DNA from: Cycas panzhihuaensis
Lineage: Eukaryota; Plantae; Cycadophyta
Assembly: GCA_023213395.1 (NCBI GenBank)
Contig: CM041465.1
Location: 192,579,741-192,643,740, forward strand
Length of the DNA stretch: 64,000 nt
Direction of reading: 5' to 3'
Shown here: positions 26,135-39,349 of the stretch, one piece after another
How positions within the stretch are numbered: the first letter of the stretch is position 1
Layout: the number at the start of each line of letters is the position of its first letter
The notes under the pieces: model-generated
The model's input: the letters and a program-made list of their open reading frames with translations, nothing else
Told to the model about the DNA's origin: nothing
Databases searched by the model: none
Program-made: the position numbers and the translations under genes

Positions 26135-29100
26135 TTAGGCATAAAACTTTCTCAAGTATTGAGAATTAACATGCTTCTTAAATTCTAAGCCTTCCATCAT
26201 AGAGATTTGATAAGCACCATTGCTTAAATCTTTAATAGCTAAGTAGAGTCCAACCCACTTAGGAGAGAACTTGCATTGCTTATCATGGGGATATTCCAAC
26301 TTTAAAACCTTATCACCAACACAGAATTTCCTAGGCCTAAGTTGCTTTGAACCCTAGCTTTAAAGGCCATATTATTTTGTAATGCTTGTAAATGATTCTT
26401 ATCTGCTTTTTCAAGTCCTAAGAGATGTGCTTCTCTTTGGAACTCTTCACCAATAATTTTTTTTAGTGAGACATATAATAAAGGAATCTTAACTTATAAT
26501 AGAAGAATGGCCTTGATAACATAAACTAGAGAAAAAGGTGTCATACCTATAACATTTCTAATTAAAGTCCTGTACACCGACAACATCAGAAATAGTTGAA
26601 TATACTAATCTCTATGAGAAGTCACCGCGGTCTTAACTAAAATCTTAGCTAAGGTTTTGTTAAATGCCTCAACTTAACTATTTGCTTAGGGGTGATAAGG
26701 GGTAGATAGTCTATGAGTGATATGAAACTTATCACACAACTTACTAACATGGGGATTACAGAATGAAGACCCATTATTGGTAATGATGATATTAGGTATC
26801 CCAAATCTACAAATGATATATTAGAAAATGAATGTAGTTATAATCTTTCTTGTAATAGAAACAAATGGAATAGCTTCACTTCATTTGGTAAAATATTTAG
26901 TTGTAGTAATAATAAATTTGTGGCCATTAGATGAAGCTAGAATTATTTAACTAATAAGAGCAAAGGCCCATTGGCACAAGGGCTAAGAAGAGATAATAAA
27001 TTTCAACTCTTGAAGGTAGGTTTATGAATTAACATAGTGTGAGACTGGCATTTTTCATATTTTTGAACATAGACATGGGCATCTTTGAATAAGGTAGGCC
27101 AATAATAACCCATATAAAGAATACATTAGGCTATAGATTGGTCACCAAAATGACCACCATATGTTGCATCATAGCACTCTATTAAGGTGACAAGAGCCTC
27201 ATTAGGAGAGAGACACCTCATCAGAATCCCATCGAAGGAACATTTATAAGAATTCCATTGAGTAAAAGATATTGCCTAGTGGTGGCTCATATTCACCTTC
27301 TTTTCTTTGATATTGAAGAAGAAGGGAAAGATTGATCATAAACATAAGATTTGATCTCCCCATACCAGGGGTCATCAGAAGGGATGGTCTAGACATGGAA
27401 AATATATTCATCCGTAAGAGTGTGGTCAATATGTTGATTAGTAGATTGAGTAGAGGGGTGTCAGCCATGATCTTTGCAATGACCATACCTTTCTTGGATT
27501 TCTTATTAACAGTTTGAAAATCAAACTTTTATAATAATAAAGACCATTTACCTAATCATCTAGTAAGGTTGGTTTTAGTCAGTAGATATCTAATGGGATC
27601 TGATTGGATGATAAGATTGACCTTATTTCCAAGAAGGTAATAATGCAACTTCCTAGCGGTAAAGACTAAAGAAGGACACTCTTTTTAGGAGGAGGATAGT
27701 GAAGTTCAGCTACCACTAAATTTCTACTAATGAACTAAATCACTTGTTCTTTAGCAAAATTATCTTCTTATGCTAACATACCTACTAATGATTCTTCCAT
27801 AGAAGAGCTATATTGAATAAAAAGCTTATTGAACCTTGGTGGAGCAAGTGTTAGTGCTGAGATTAATGCTTACTTTAATCTATCAAAGGACTCTTAAACT
27901 TGAAGACTCCATCATAATTCAACATCTTTTTTTAAAATATTAGTGAGATGCTTAGCATTTAAGGTGAAATTAGTAATGAAGCATCTCATAAAACCAAGCC
28001 TTCCTAAGAAAGATTTGATCTTTTTTTGGGCTTTTGGAGGAGGTATATCAATAATTAACTTTACTTTATTAAGATATACTCTTATTCCATTGTGGAAGAC
28101 AATATTACCTAACATCTTTCTTAAAGTTACCAACAAAATATTTAGATGGATTCAAATACAAATGATACTTTCTACATCTTTCAAATATTATTCTCAAATC
28201 ATGCACATGATCTTGTAGTTTATGAGAAATGGTAAGCATGTCATATAAATATACAGTAATAATATTACTAATTAGATCGTGAAAAATATAGATCATTGTT
28301 CTTTAGTAAGTAGCCCCAACATTCTTTAACCCAAAAGGCATGACTTTATAAATGAAGGTGCCCTAGGGGGTAATGAAAGTAGTTTTATGATGATCCCATT
28401 GTGTGATAGAAATTTGATTGTATCCGACAAAATTGTCTGTAAGGGATATAACTTTGAAACCAACTCTTTGATCCGAAATTTGATTAAGAAAGGGAAGAGA
28501 AAAGTTATCTTTGGGACAAGCATTGTTAATATCCCAAAAGTCAATATAGATTCAAATCAAGCCATTCATTTTAACAACTAAGACTATTAGAAACCCATTG
28601 AGAGTAATTGACACTCTTAATGAATCCAACTTTTAACAGTTTCTTAACTTCCTATTTGATGGCAGTATAAAGACATGGATGAATACATCTTTATTTTTGG
28701 CTTTTAGGTTTAACACTAAGAGTAATAGTGATATTATATTTGACAACATGGGGATCAATACCATGCATATCATTGTAATCTTAAGCAAAAACCAAATAAA
28801 ACTCATGAAATATATCTTTAAATAGAGAGATCTCTTGAGGAAATTAATTAGTCCCAAGCTTAATAATTTCAGGATTATCCCCTAATTCTAAGTTGATGTT
28901 AATTCTTTATTCCATGAGCATAGCATTACCCTCTTTGAAATGAGATGGAGTAGGTTCTATAACAGAAACTATCTCTTGGAATTGGGAATGTTTGATTAGT
29001 GGTAAATCAAGTTGTATCATCTTTGAAAAACCTAACTTATGATGATAAGAGGGAAGATTAGGAGTTGATCCTGCTAGATGCTTAAGGATTGTCTCACCAT

Positions 29101-31703
29101 TTTCAAAATGATCTAAATGAAAAAGTTTAAAGAGGAGAAGATTTTTAGATAGATCGATAGACAATATAAATGACTTAAAAGGTGGGGGATCATTAAACAA
29201 AGAGTTTGGATAAGTAGGTATAGACTCAATGATTGAAGGGACTTGGGAAAAAAGGATGGGTCTATCAATAAACTCCCAAGTTGAAGTGAAAGTTTGCTCA
29301 AACTCATGATGGTAAAGGTGATGGTTTTGATTAGACAAAGAGATAAAGATGAGAAATGATGGGGGATTATCAATAGGGTAAGAAGAAGGAAGGGAGATGA
29401 CAGGGCCCAAATTCACTTCTCAAACTCCATTAGATATATTTTGATTACTTTGAGATATAACATGTAAAGGAACAACTTCATCATCCAATTCTAAATTAGG
29501 GTGCCTATGGAACAATATTTTCTTCTCATGTCTATTTAACCATGTAGTAAAAAGAGAAGACCAAGAGAAAGGAGGCATGGTAGGAGCAAGCACATCATGT
29601 AAAGATGAAACTATATAATCCATTGAGGAAACAATCATAATATAAGGAACCAAAGTATTGATCATTGAAGGAAAACATAAGACCTATGAGATTCTGAGTA
29701 GAGAGTGGAAGAATTGAGTCAATTATTTCATTCATAATTATCGCTTCATAGGATATACTAGGAGGCGATGTTGTTTCTTCATAAGAAGAGGAAGGGAAAC
29801 CAAAGATTGATAAGTAGGACTCAAAGGATAAGGAGTAGATGAAGAACCTAGTTTAAGAGGGACAATTTCAACCAAATCAACACCCTTTACTTCTCCCTAA
29901 GGAGGAGGAATTTCAATGGTGAAATATTACCCTAAACTTAGAGATTGAAAGAAATATTTTGAGGAATTAGATAACTCACTAGGTTTAGAGAAAGCCTCAA
30001 TAAGTAGGACTAGTTATTTAATAGGTTTTGACCTACATTTAATAGTCTTTAATTCACCTTCATGGATGAATCAAAATTCACCAAAAAAAGAAGAATAGAT
30101 AATAACCATTTGGGTGATCCATTATCTACCCAAAAGGATATTATATTCTAGATCAAGATCGATAATGGTATATTCAGTATAAACTATCTTTTCTTTAAGA
30201 GTCAAAGGAAGAGTGACTTAGCCAAGTGGAGCCCTTTTGATTCTTATCATATCCTTGGAAAATCTACTCACAAGGGTGAAAGACCAAAATCTCTAGATCC
30301 ACAACAAGGTAAATAGGGATTACATTGATAGATGACCCCTCATCAATATTAACATATTTAATATTAATATCATCTTTAATAATTTCAATGTAGAATAGGG
30401 AAATACCATTTGAAGAATGAATAGTGTGAGTAGACAATGTTACTAAAGTGAAAGAAAGCATGGAAGTAGATGAACTAACTATGGTAAGAACTCTCAATAC
30501 ATCGAATAAGAGTTGACATTGCTTAGGGCAATACTTCAATAAATCTATAATTGAGATACAAGTGGGAATAGTCTTCAACTTATTGACCGATGAAAATGAT
30601 CCATCCTTTCAACTAAAGGGAATGGATCTAAACCTAATGGGATAAGGGGGAATAAGAGGTAAAGAGTTAAGATTTTTAGATGTTAAATCATTAAGTTATT
30701 TAGATGAACCTATTCTCTTCATAATCTCCACTATGTTAATAGTTCTCTTAGTCTTACCACCTTTAGGAGGTGAGTGAGCTTGACTATTAGCACACTTTAT
30801 TGAAGGGTTAGATGAAGTAGTTGTCTTCTTAGATGAATTGAAACTAGAAGGTTCACCTTTATTATTTTAAATGTGTTTAGCCCTACCTTTATCATATTTA
30901 TTTTGTTATCCTTATGTTGATGTAGAGGGTCTTTGTGAATCATTTGATCTTAAGAAGTTTTAGAAGCCTGACTTGTTTGATTATTTATATTTTAAGTTAT
31001 GGCTTATACTATATGGCATTAGCTTCTATCGTGGGTGTTAGTTTGGTGGTAAGGACATTACTTCATCTTCCTGAAAGGAGGAGAAGGTGTATGCTGAACT
31101 TATTTCTTTCTCCCTTTAGTAAGATGAATAACTTTTGTTTCTTGAGGAGACCAATTTTCTATAAGACCATTAATATGCAACTTAGTATTACTTGCATGCT
31201 CTAATGACCTAATAGAAGAAGTCAAATAATCATAGGTTAGATTGGGATGAGAAGTATTAGGTATTTGAATAATTTCTTTAGAAGGGATAGATTTCCCAAA
31301 ATTGTTAATGCCCACTTATATTTCAAAAGATTCTGAGGCTAAGCTTCAATCAATAACTTCCTCATAGGTTTAAGGACCAAGATTAAGTACTTCAAGATGC
31401 ACATGAGGCCTTAAAGCATTGGTGAATAGATCAAAAACGAGACTAGGATCAAGTCAAGGATGACATGTATGAATTTGTTCTTAAAATCTCCTTACAAAGT
31501 CCTTAAAAGTTTTTATCATGATTTTGATTAATGGCCAAATTTGATTTAATGCTAGATTTAAAAGGTCTAGCTATATCAAAGTAATTGATGAAGGAGCCAA
31601 TCAATTATTGGAATGAAAGAATGGAAGTATAAGGAAGGTGATAAAACCACTTCAATGCATCACCTTGAAGTTATTTATAGAATAAGTACATCATGATATA
31701 GTC
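26135..31703 (-). pseudogene. Tat element gag C-part, protease, RT, RNase H and integrase (disrupted)
   Basis: gag LQGDALKWFYHLP (31630-31670); protease IDEGSSINVI (~30320-30350); RT TVYLYDML (ORF 28105-28296); RH end SKKGMVIAKIMAD; INT GGHFG..GYYWPTLFKDA; C-terminus NSQYLRKFYA* ending at 26135. Confidence 0.88.
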
Positions 31704-31708
31704 ATATG

Positions 31709-32318
31709 TGTTGAGAATACAAGGTCCTAACTCTTAAACTACCACCAAGATCTAAACTATTCTTGTAACTAGTTACAGAAATTGAAACTAAAGATTACAT
31801 GCAAGTTCTTAAACTAGAGATAAAACAGTAAACTGAACAAGAAAGCCAAGCACACAAATACACCTGATATAACGTGGTAAAACCCTAGCAGTGTGCTAGG
31901 GAAATGTCCACATAGGAAATGTATTAATCTTTATTGTCACAGAATAGAGAAAATATACATGATCCTATAATAGAGTGCTTACAACAATAACAACCAACTG
32001 CCCAACTCCTCATAGTACATTGAACAACCTCAACATAACGAAATATGCCCTAAATTTGGCTATATGAGAGAGTCATACAAGGCACAAATTTGGACCATAG
32101 AATCTAGGGTATTTTTATCAAACGACCTTGGTTCTCTTTATAATTTATTGAATCTAGGGTATTTTTATCGAATGACCCTAGTTCTTTTCACCATACTTCC
32201 CTAGCCAAGGGGGGCTTCTGCCCACCTTGGAACCCTCCAAGGAAGGTTTGGGAGGGAAACCACATTACCAGCATGCCAAAATTTAAGCCTCCAACCATTG
32301 TTGTCACATTATCCAACA
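31709..32318 (-). repeat. 3' LTR of the Tork-like copia
   Basis: TG...CA termini; followed by the PPT complement atctctaccttg. Confidence 0.93.
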
Positions 32319-34973
32319 ATCTCTACCTTGACAACAATTTACCTGGTACCTTTCTTGGACCCTTCATCATCTTTTCTACAAGCCAAGAGAAGTCAAACAC
32401 CATTTGAAATTCTCTAATGGTACTGGTTTTGTGAACATATCATCATAATTCTATTTTGTATCAACCTTCTCAAGTGCCACTCTACCTGGTTCTATAACTT
32501 GTCTAACAAAATGGTACTTAAGAGTAATATGCTTTGTTCTACTATGATAAGCTAGATTCATGGCTAAGTAAATGGCACTTTGACTATCACAAAATACCTT
32601 TACCTTTTCTTGTTTCCTTCCAAGCTCAACCAATAGACCCTGTAACCATATTGCTTCTTTACAAGCATGTGCTGCAGCAACAGATTCAACTTTTGTAGTT
32701 GATAATATAATTATGCTCTGTAATTTTGACATCCAACTAACTGGACCATTTGTAAGAGTGAATACATAACCTGAAGTAGACATTCTCTTATCTAAATCTC
32801 CTGTAAAATATAAATCAATATATCTACAAACCTAATTATCTGTACCTCCAAAGATGATGCAATAGTCACTTGTGCCTCTCAAATACCGAAATACCCATTT
32901 CACTGCTACCCAATGTTCCTTTCTTAGATTTGCCATAAACTTGTTAACTACACCAATTGCATGTGAAATATTAGGTCTTGTATATACCATGGCATACATC
33001 AAACTTTGTACTGTATTGGCATAAGGCACACAAGACATATAATCCTTTTCTTCTTTATTACTAGGACTCATACTCAAAGAAAGATTGAAATGGGAAGCCA
33101 ATGGGATACTCACTGGTTTCACATTTACCATACCAAACCTAGTTAGCACCTTCTCTACATATTTCTGCTATGATAATCATACCTTATCATTTTTCCTATC
33201 TTTGTGTATCTCCATACCTAAGATTTATTTTATAGCTCCTAGATCCTTCATATCAAAAGTCTTAGCCAATTGAGCCTTTAACTTATTGATTTCTTCCGTG
33301 CTTTTGCTTGCAACTAACATGTCATCAACATACAATACCAAGATAATAAATAAGCCATTATCCATAAATTTAATGTAAATACAATGATCATACTCATTTC
33401 TTTTGAAATTTTAGCTCTCCATGAAGGTATCAAACTTCTTGTACCACTACCTGGGTGATTGTTTCAGGCCATACAATGATTTCCTAAGCTTGCAAACAAG
33501 TTTGTTCCTGCCATCTTATACAAACCCTTCTAGCTAATCCATATAGATATCCTCATCTAAATCTTTATGTAGAAAATCTGTTTTTACATCTAACTGCTTT
33601 GACTCTAAATCAAGCCAAGCTACCAATGCTAACAGCACTCGAATTGAAACAAGTTTGATAACTGGTAAAAAGATCTCATGAAAGTCAATACTTACTTTCT
33701 GTACAAAACGTTTAGCTACCAGTCTTGCCTTGTATTTGTCAACCTTTCCATCAACATTTATTTTCTTTTTGAAAACCTACATATAACCAACAATCCTCCT
33801 GCCATGTGGAAGTTCTACCAAGTTCTATGAATTATTTTTCTTTAAAGCATCTATCTCTTCCTGCATAGCCCTCTTCCACTTCTTACCATGGATATCATCT
33901 ACTGCTTCCTGATAACATGTAGGTTCACCATCATTAGAAACCAAAGTAATAGAAATAGAAGGGTTATACCTGTCAGGTGCATGACTAACTCACGTAGATC
34001 TTCTAACTGTTGGTAGAGGAGTATCCACACACTCCTTTGAATCTACTGCAGATTCATCTTTAGAAAGATCTTCCTGCTCTTCTGATTCTACAGATGGCTA
34101 TATTTCAAATTTAACTTGTTGATGTTCAACTTGCTTCTTCTGTTTCACTTCAACTTCTCCATTGTCTGATTTTATAAGGGGAGATTCATCAAATATAACA
34201 TCTCTGTTAATGGTGATTTTGTGGGTAGTAGGATCCTATAACCTATATCCCTTCACACCATCCTCATCACCATAACCAACAAAGATATATATCTTGGATT
34301 TTGGGTCTAACTTTGAACATTTACTTTTGTCAGTCCAGGCATAAGCATCACAACCAAAAACTCTCAAATTTAAATAATCACATGGATGTCTAGTCTATAC
34401 CTCTTTAGGAATCTTGTAGTCTATTGCAAGTGATGGTGACCTATTTACGAGATAGCAAGTTGTTTGAACAGCTTCTGCCTATAAGCCCTACTCCACTCCT
34501 GCATTACTTAGCATGCTCTTTGCTCTTTGGAAGAGTGTCCTATTCATGCACTCAATAATACCATTTTGTTGTGGAGTATAGCTAGTCATCTTGTACCTTT
34601 TGATCCCAGCTTCTCTACAATAGTTATCAAACTCCAAGGAGTTGAACTCATCTCCATTATCAATTCTTAAACATTTGATTGTCTTACCAGTGATGTTCTT
34701 AACTAGAGCCTTGAACTACTTAAACACACTAAAAACTTCAGATTTCTTTTTTAAAAAATAGACCCATATCTTTCTAGAGTAATCATTTATAAATATGATA
34801 AAGTACAATGATCATCCATAAGATATTTTAGGGGCTAGTCCCCATACATCTGAATGTATATAATCTATAATAGCTTTACTAGTGTGACTCCTTACTTTAA
34901 ACCTGAGTCTACACTACTTTCCAAAAATATAATGTTTGTAAAAAGCCAAATCTGAAAGTTGTAAGTTATGAAG

Positions 34974-35295
34974 TGTAATGAACCGTTACACCAAAACCTC
35001 GAGGTGTTAGTGAAGAGGGCCCCTCACCAAGTAGACCATTACCTCCCCCCAGTTCAAATGGGCTAGCCTCGCCTAGCCCCACTTTCACCGACATTCATGC
35101 ACCCCACAGGCCCTGGGTACAATGACGTTTTGCGCATCGGCGGTGTTTGGCGCGTCACCCCACCGCCCCCATAAGTGATGTTGCCCCCACAGGATTTGAA
35201 CCTGGGTCTTGGCTCTGATACCACTTGAATGAACCATTACACCAAAACCTCGAGGTGTTAGTGAAGAGGGCCCCTCACCAAGTAGACCATTATCA
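34974..35295 (-). mobile_element. TRIM (terminal-repeat retrotransposon in miniature)
   Basis: 65-bp direct repeats 34977-35041 and 35228-35292 with one mismatch. PBS tggtatcagagcc (complement 35211-35223) and PPT ggggggagg (complement 35042-35050). About 185 bp of non-coding interior. Confidence 0.88.
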
Positions 35296-35334
35296 ATGCT
35301 TTGAGGGTAAAGCATATTTTGAAGGGGAGGGACT

Positions 35335-35916
35335 TGTAACATTCCAAAATCTAGTCAAAACTATGCCATGTAACCATTCAAATTGAAGGCCTCTAAACAA
35401 GGATTCTAATGTTTTAGATGAAAGTCAATTCTGACATCTCAATCAAAAGTTATGGCCATTTAAAGTTAGCCTGACAGTTTTTGGAGAAGTTCTGGCTGAC
35501 CTCTATTTGAGCAGTTTTAAGAAGAATATTACCGAGTCTGGCTGACTTCTATTACTATCATTTAGCTGCCTATTTAAGGAGGATTTACGACCTTATTTCG
35601 TCATCATCGGAGGTTCTTTGGTCACGCATTTTCGGTTCTAGGGCTGCAATTAGCTTGCCCATTTGGGGCTGCAGTTTGGAGGGTTCCTCACCTCGAAGAG
35701 GGAAGCTCACGTCTTCAGGAAAGATAGGTACTTTATTGAAATTTTGCTCTATTTTGGTATTATTTAATAATAAAGACTATTATTTACTTATGTAGATTCT
35801 GTAATTCTTGTTCATTGTTCATTTTTCTTGTTGAATAGCATCTAGTTATTGTTTTTGTGGATTATTACTTGTATTTTTGAGAAAAATTGCTATAAAAGTA
35901 GAATTAGATCACTATA
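35335..35916 (+). repeat. LTR of a chromovirus-like gypsy element, preceded by a PPT
   Basis: PPT gaaggggagggact (35321-35334), then TGTAAC...ACTATA (CA>TA); contains TATTTAAG and AATAAA-like signals. Confidence 0.75.
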
Positions 35917-37298
35917 TGAAGTAACTTACAGTTCATCAGCACCTTAAGTCCTCTCTCACTCATGTGCCCAAGTCTCTGATGCCATAACTGAGTTGGATCT
36001 TCTACAGTCTTTGGTTTTATAGCTATGTGGCTGACATCTATACTTCCCACTAATATGTACAGGTTTCCTTTCTTTAAGGCTTTCATAATAACCGAGGCAC
36101 CCTTTGACACCTTTAGGACTCCTTCATGACTTGTATGCTTAAAACCACTCGAATCTAGTTCACCCAAAGAAATCAGATTCCTTTTCAGATCAGGTATATG
36201 TCTAACCTCAGTTAATGTTCTCACTACCCTATCAAACATCTTAATTTTGATGCTACCAATGCCCATTGTCTTATAAGAAACTTCATTTCCCATAAGCACA
36301 TCACCACCATCAAAAGGTTAGTATGATGAGAACCAACTCTTATGTGGACACATGTGGTGTGAAGCACCTGAATCTAATAACTAGTCATAGTGATAATGAG
36401 AAACATTATAACCAACCAAGACATCATCATCCATACCCTGATTTGACTTCACTTGATTTGCCTCCTTAGTAGGATCTTCCTTTTTCTGGAACTCCTTCCT
36501 TTTGTAGCAATCCTTCTTGAGGTGACCAATCTTATTACAGTGCCAACACTTGAGCTTACTCTTCTTGCCTTTTAACTTTGACCTTGATGTATCCTTGGAA
36601 TATTGTCCTTTATGAATTGTTCTATCCCTTATTGTCATAGCTTCTGGTGTGGAGGTTTCAAAACTATACTTCCTCTGCACTTCTTCCATTAGCAAAGCAC
36701 TCACAACAGAATCATATTCTAATTCATCTGTAGTGCTAAAACTAATTGAGGTGATAATATTATCCAAGATTCTGGTAATGAGCATAACAAGGTAATAGCC
36801 TTGTCCTCATCCTTAATTTTAACATCGATATTAGCCAACTGACAAATAAGAGTATTGAAAACATTTAAATGGTTATCAATTTTTGTACCTTCTTTCATCT
36901 GTAATGAGTATAACTGCCTCTTCAAGTAGATTCAATTTGTCATTGATTTAGTCATATACAGGCCTTCTAACCGAGTCCATAATCCTGCTACTATCTACTC
37001 CGCTGTAATGTTAAATAGAACTTCATCTGCCAAGCACGATCGTATTGTGCTAAGAGCCTTTTGGTCTAGATCATCCCATTCATCATTATCTGTCCCTATG
37101 GGTTTCCTCATTTTGCCTACAAGAGCTTTGTACAAACCTTGTTGTACAAGAACATCATACGCTTTCAGTTTCTACAACTCGAAGTTATTCTTGCCATTAA
37201 ATTTCTCCAGCTCGAACTTTACACTTGCTAGTTTTGCCATTTGGTGTAGAGAAAGCTGACACCAAAACCTTCACAAATGTGTTACAAAAATAAAAGTA

Positions 37299-37310
37299 GC
37301 TCTGATACCA
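37299..37310 (-). promoter_or_regulatory. Primer-binding site (tRNA-iMet) of the Tork-like copia
   Basis: gctctgatacca, i.e. TGGTATCAGAGC on the minus strand, 2 nt from the LTR. Confidence 0.95.
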
Positions 37311-37312
37311 CT

Positions 37313-37959
37313 AGTTGAGAATATAAGGTCCCAACCCTTAAACCGCCACCAAGATCTAAACTATTCTTGCAACTAGTTATAGAAATTGAAACTAAAGATT
37401 ACATGCAAGTTCTTAAACTAGAGATAAAATAATAAACTGAATAAGAAATCCAAGCACATAAATACACCTGATGTAATGTGGTAAAACCCTAGCAGTGTAC
37501 TAGGGAAACATCTATAGAGGAAAGGTATCGATCTTTATTGTCACATAATGAAGAAAATATACATGATCCTATACCAGAGTGCTCACAACAATAACAACCA
37601 GCCGCCTAAACCCTCATAGTACATTGAACAACCTCAACATAATGAAATATGCCCTAAATTGGGCTATATAAGAGAGTCATACAGGGCACAAATCTGGACC
37701 GTAGAATCTAGGGTATTTTTATCAAATGACCCTGGTTCTCTTTACAATTTAATATAGTTTTCAGTGCTAAATTTTTAGGTCGGGGGCTATCACCCTTGAA
37801 CCCCCTCTTAGTGGGGGGCGTTCCACACCCTCCACACCCCCCTAGCCAAGGGAGGCTCCTGCCCCCCTTGGAACCTCCCAAGGAAGGTTTAGGGGGGAAA
37901 CTACATTGCCAACATGCCAAAATTTAAGCCTCCAACCATTATTGTCACATTACTTAACA
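37313..37959 (-). repeat. 5' LTR of the Tork-like copia
   Basis: Homologous to 31709-32318; the first base is mutated (AGTTGAGA). Confidence 0.93.
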
Positions 37960-37964
37960 ATATG

Positions 37965-39320
37965 GTATAAAGTCAGTACAAGTAAGTGCAAACACTTGTA
38001 TGTGGAAGGCTGGATCTTTGGAAGAGTCACCTAAGAATTTAGCTAACTTAAGTAAGAATGGAGGCATAGGAGATAATAGAACCTCACGTGGGAAAGGAGA
38101 CTTCATATATTTTATGAAAGGTTTCCTTGGCCTCAACATCATAAAATGTTAAGGTAAGGATGATGGATGTGGGGTGGTAGAGGAAATAGGTTGTTATTAT
38201 TAAGGAAAAGAATAAGATGATAGAGAAGATGAATGATTAAACCAAGCTATAGGATTTACCATATAATTGGTTTACAACATAGTGTATTTAGGGAAAATAA
38301 AGTTAAATAAAAGAAAAGGTACTTATTGGGGGACTAGTCTAGGGACATGAGATGATGGAGTAGGATTAATAAATCCCAAAGCTTTAGATTGATTAAGTAA
38401 AGAATGAGAATAAATGAGGTAAGTATAAGGAATAGGTTATGAAGAGGAAACTACATTAGATGCCTTAGGGGAAGAGATGTGAGGTCTAACACCCTAAGAT
38501 ATGGGAAACCTAGGGTGGTAATTGAGTTGAGGTTATAATGAAGTGAGAAGAAGATAATCTATTAGGATATGAATGGATAGGTTGTGGGGTTAAAGAAGAC
38601 AGACCTATTTGTTGAGGGGTCAAAACATAAGAAGGGATAAGATTACCTTGAACAAGCATGGTAGAGGTTCCCTTATATGTAGAAGGTATTGATTGAGGAG
38701 AATGGGTTTGAGCTTGTAACATGGAAAGTGAGGGGAGAGGCTAAGAATAAACTGATTTATGAACTTTAACTTCTCTTGAAGGAGGAGAGAGTGGCCTGGG
38801 TGAAGGAGGATGGGAAGCTAAGGGTGATCAATTAGCATAAGGAGAAATAGAAGACTCAACCTACATGGACTCATACTCCTCACATAATGGATCAAATTGA
38901 CAATGTTGAGGAGAGGATGTTATGGTATGAGTCTTTAGATGGAAAGGATCTTAATATCTAAGCATATGGAGAGAAGTAGGGACCCTGGTAAGAACTTACT
39001 CATAATAAGATGTAAGTGCTTGAGTGGGAAGAGCTTCTTCTTATACAAAAGAAGAATTCATAAAAGAAGCACCACCATGGAATTAAGAGGGCTCATGGTA
39101 CCCTTGTTTCATGGGTACTTCATATAATTAAGTTGAATCTTCAGAAGGATAAATATAAGTGTTGCATATATGATGTTCTAAAGGGTTAACATAAGAAGAT
39201 GAAACTTCATGAGTAAAATATGAGGGTTGAATTTGAAAATTAGGTGAGAGACCTTAAAGTTTTAATGATCATCTTTGAGTGGGAGGTATAATTTCCATTA
39301 CTTTAAATAAAAAAGTAAAT
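37965..39320 (-). pseudogene. Tat element 5' leader and Pro/Ser-rich gag N-terminus
   Basis: ORF 37954-38142 (KLAKFLGDSSKDPAFHIQVF) matches the gag F.G..DP..H motif; upstream is low-complexity S/P-rich coding-like sequence. Confidence 0.75.
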
Positions 39321-39349
39321 GGTAATCCCTAGTATGGTTATGAGAAAGA

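Larger units (their letters stand above)
34974..35916. mobile_element. Composite insertion: minus-strand TRIM fused to a plus-strand gypsy PPT and LTR
   Basis: TSD TGAAG (34969-34973, 35917-35921). Removal restores the copia frame MNCKLLH|NLQ. Confidence 0.88.
32376..37240 (-). pseudogene. Copia gag-pol polyprotein with in-frame stops and a 943-bp insertion
   Basis: MAKLASVKFELEKFNGKNNF; knuckle CWHCNKIGHLKKDC; LLDSGASHHM; LWHQRLGHMSERGL; YVDDML (~33320); RNase H CDSQSAI..HSRTKHI. Confidence 0.93.
31709..37959 (-). mobile_element. Full-length Ty1/copia element (Tork/Tnt1-like), inserted in the Tat gag
   Basis: LTRs 31709-32318 and 37313-37959; perfect TSD ATATG (31704-31708, 37960-37964); tRNA-iMet PBS; PPT. 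Removing it rejoins the host gag (..TDFIPY|DYIMMYLF..). Confidence 0.95.

Noticed and set aside
34977-35292. CRISPR-like repeat-spacer-repeat, or a tRNA gene
   Set aside because: Only two 65-bp repeats, with a PBS and PPT between them, which is a TRIM. No full cloverleaf is present.
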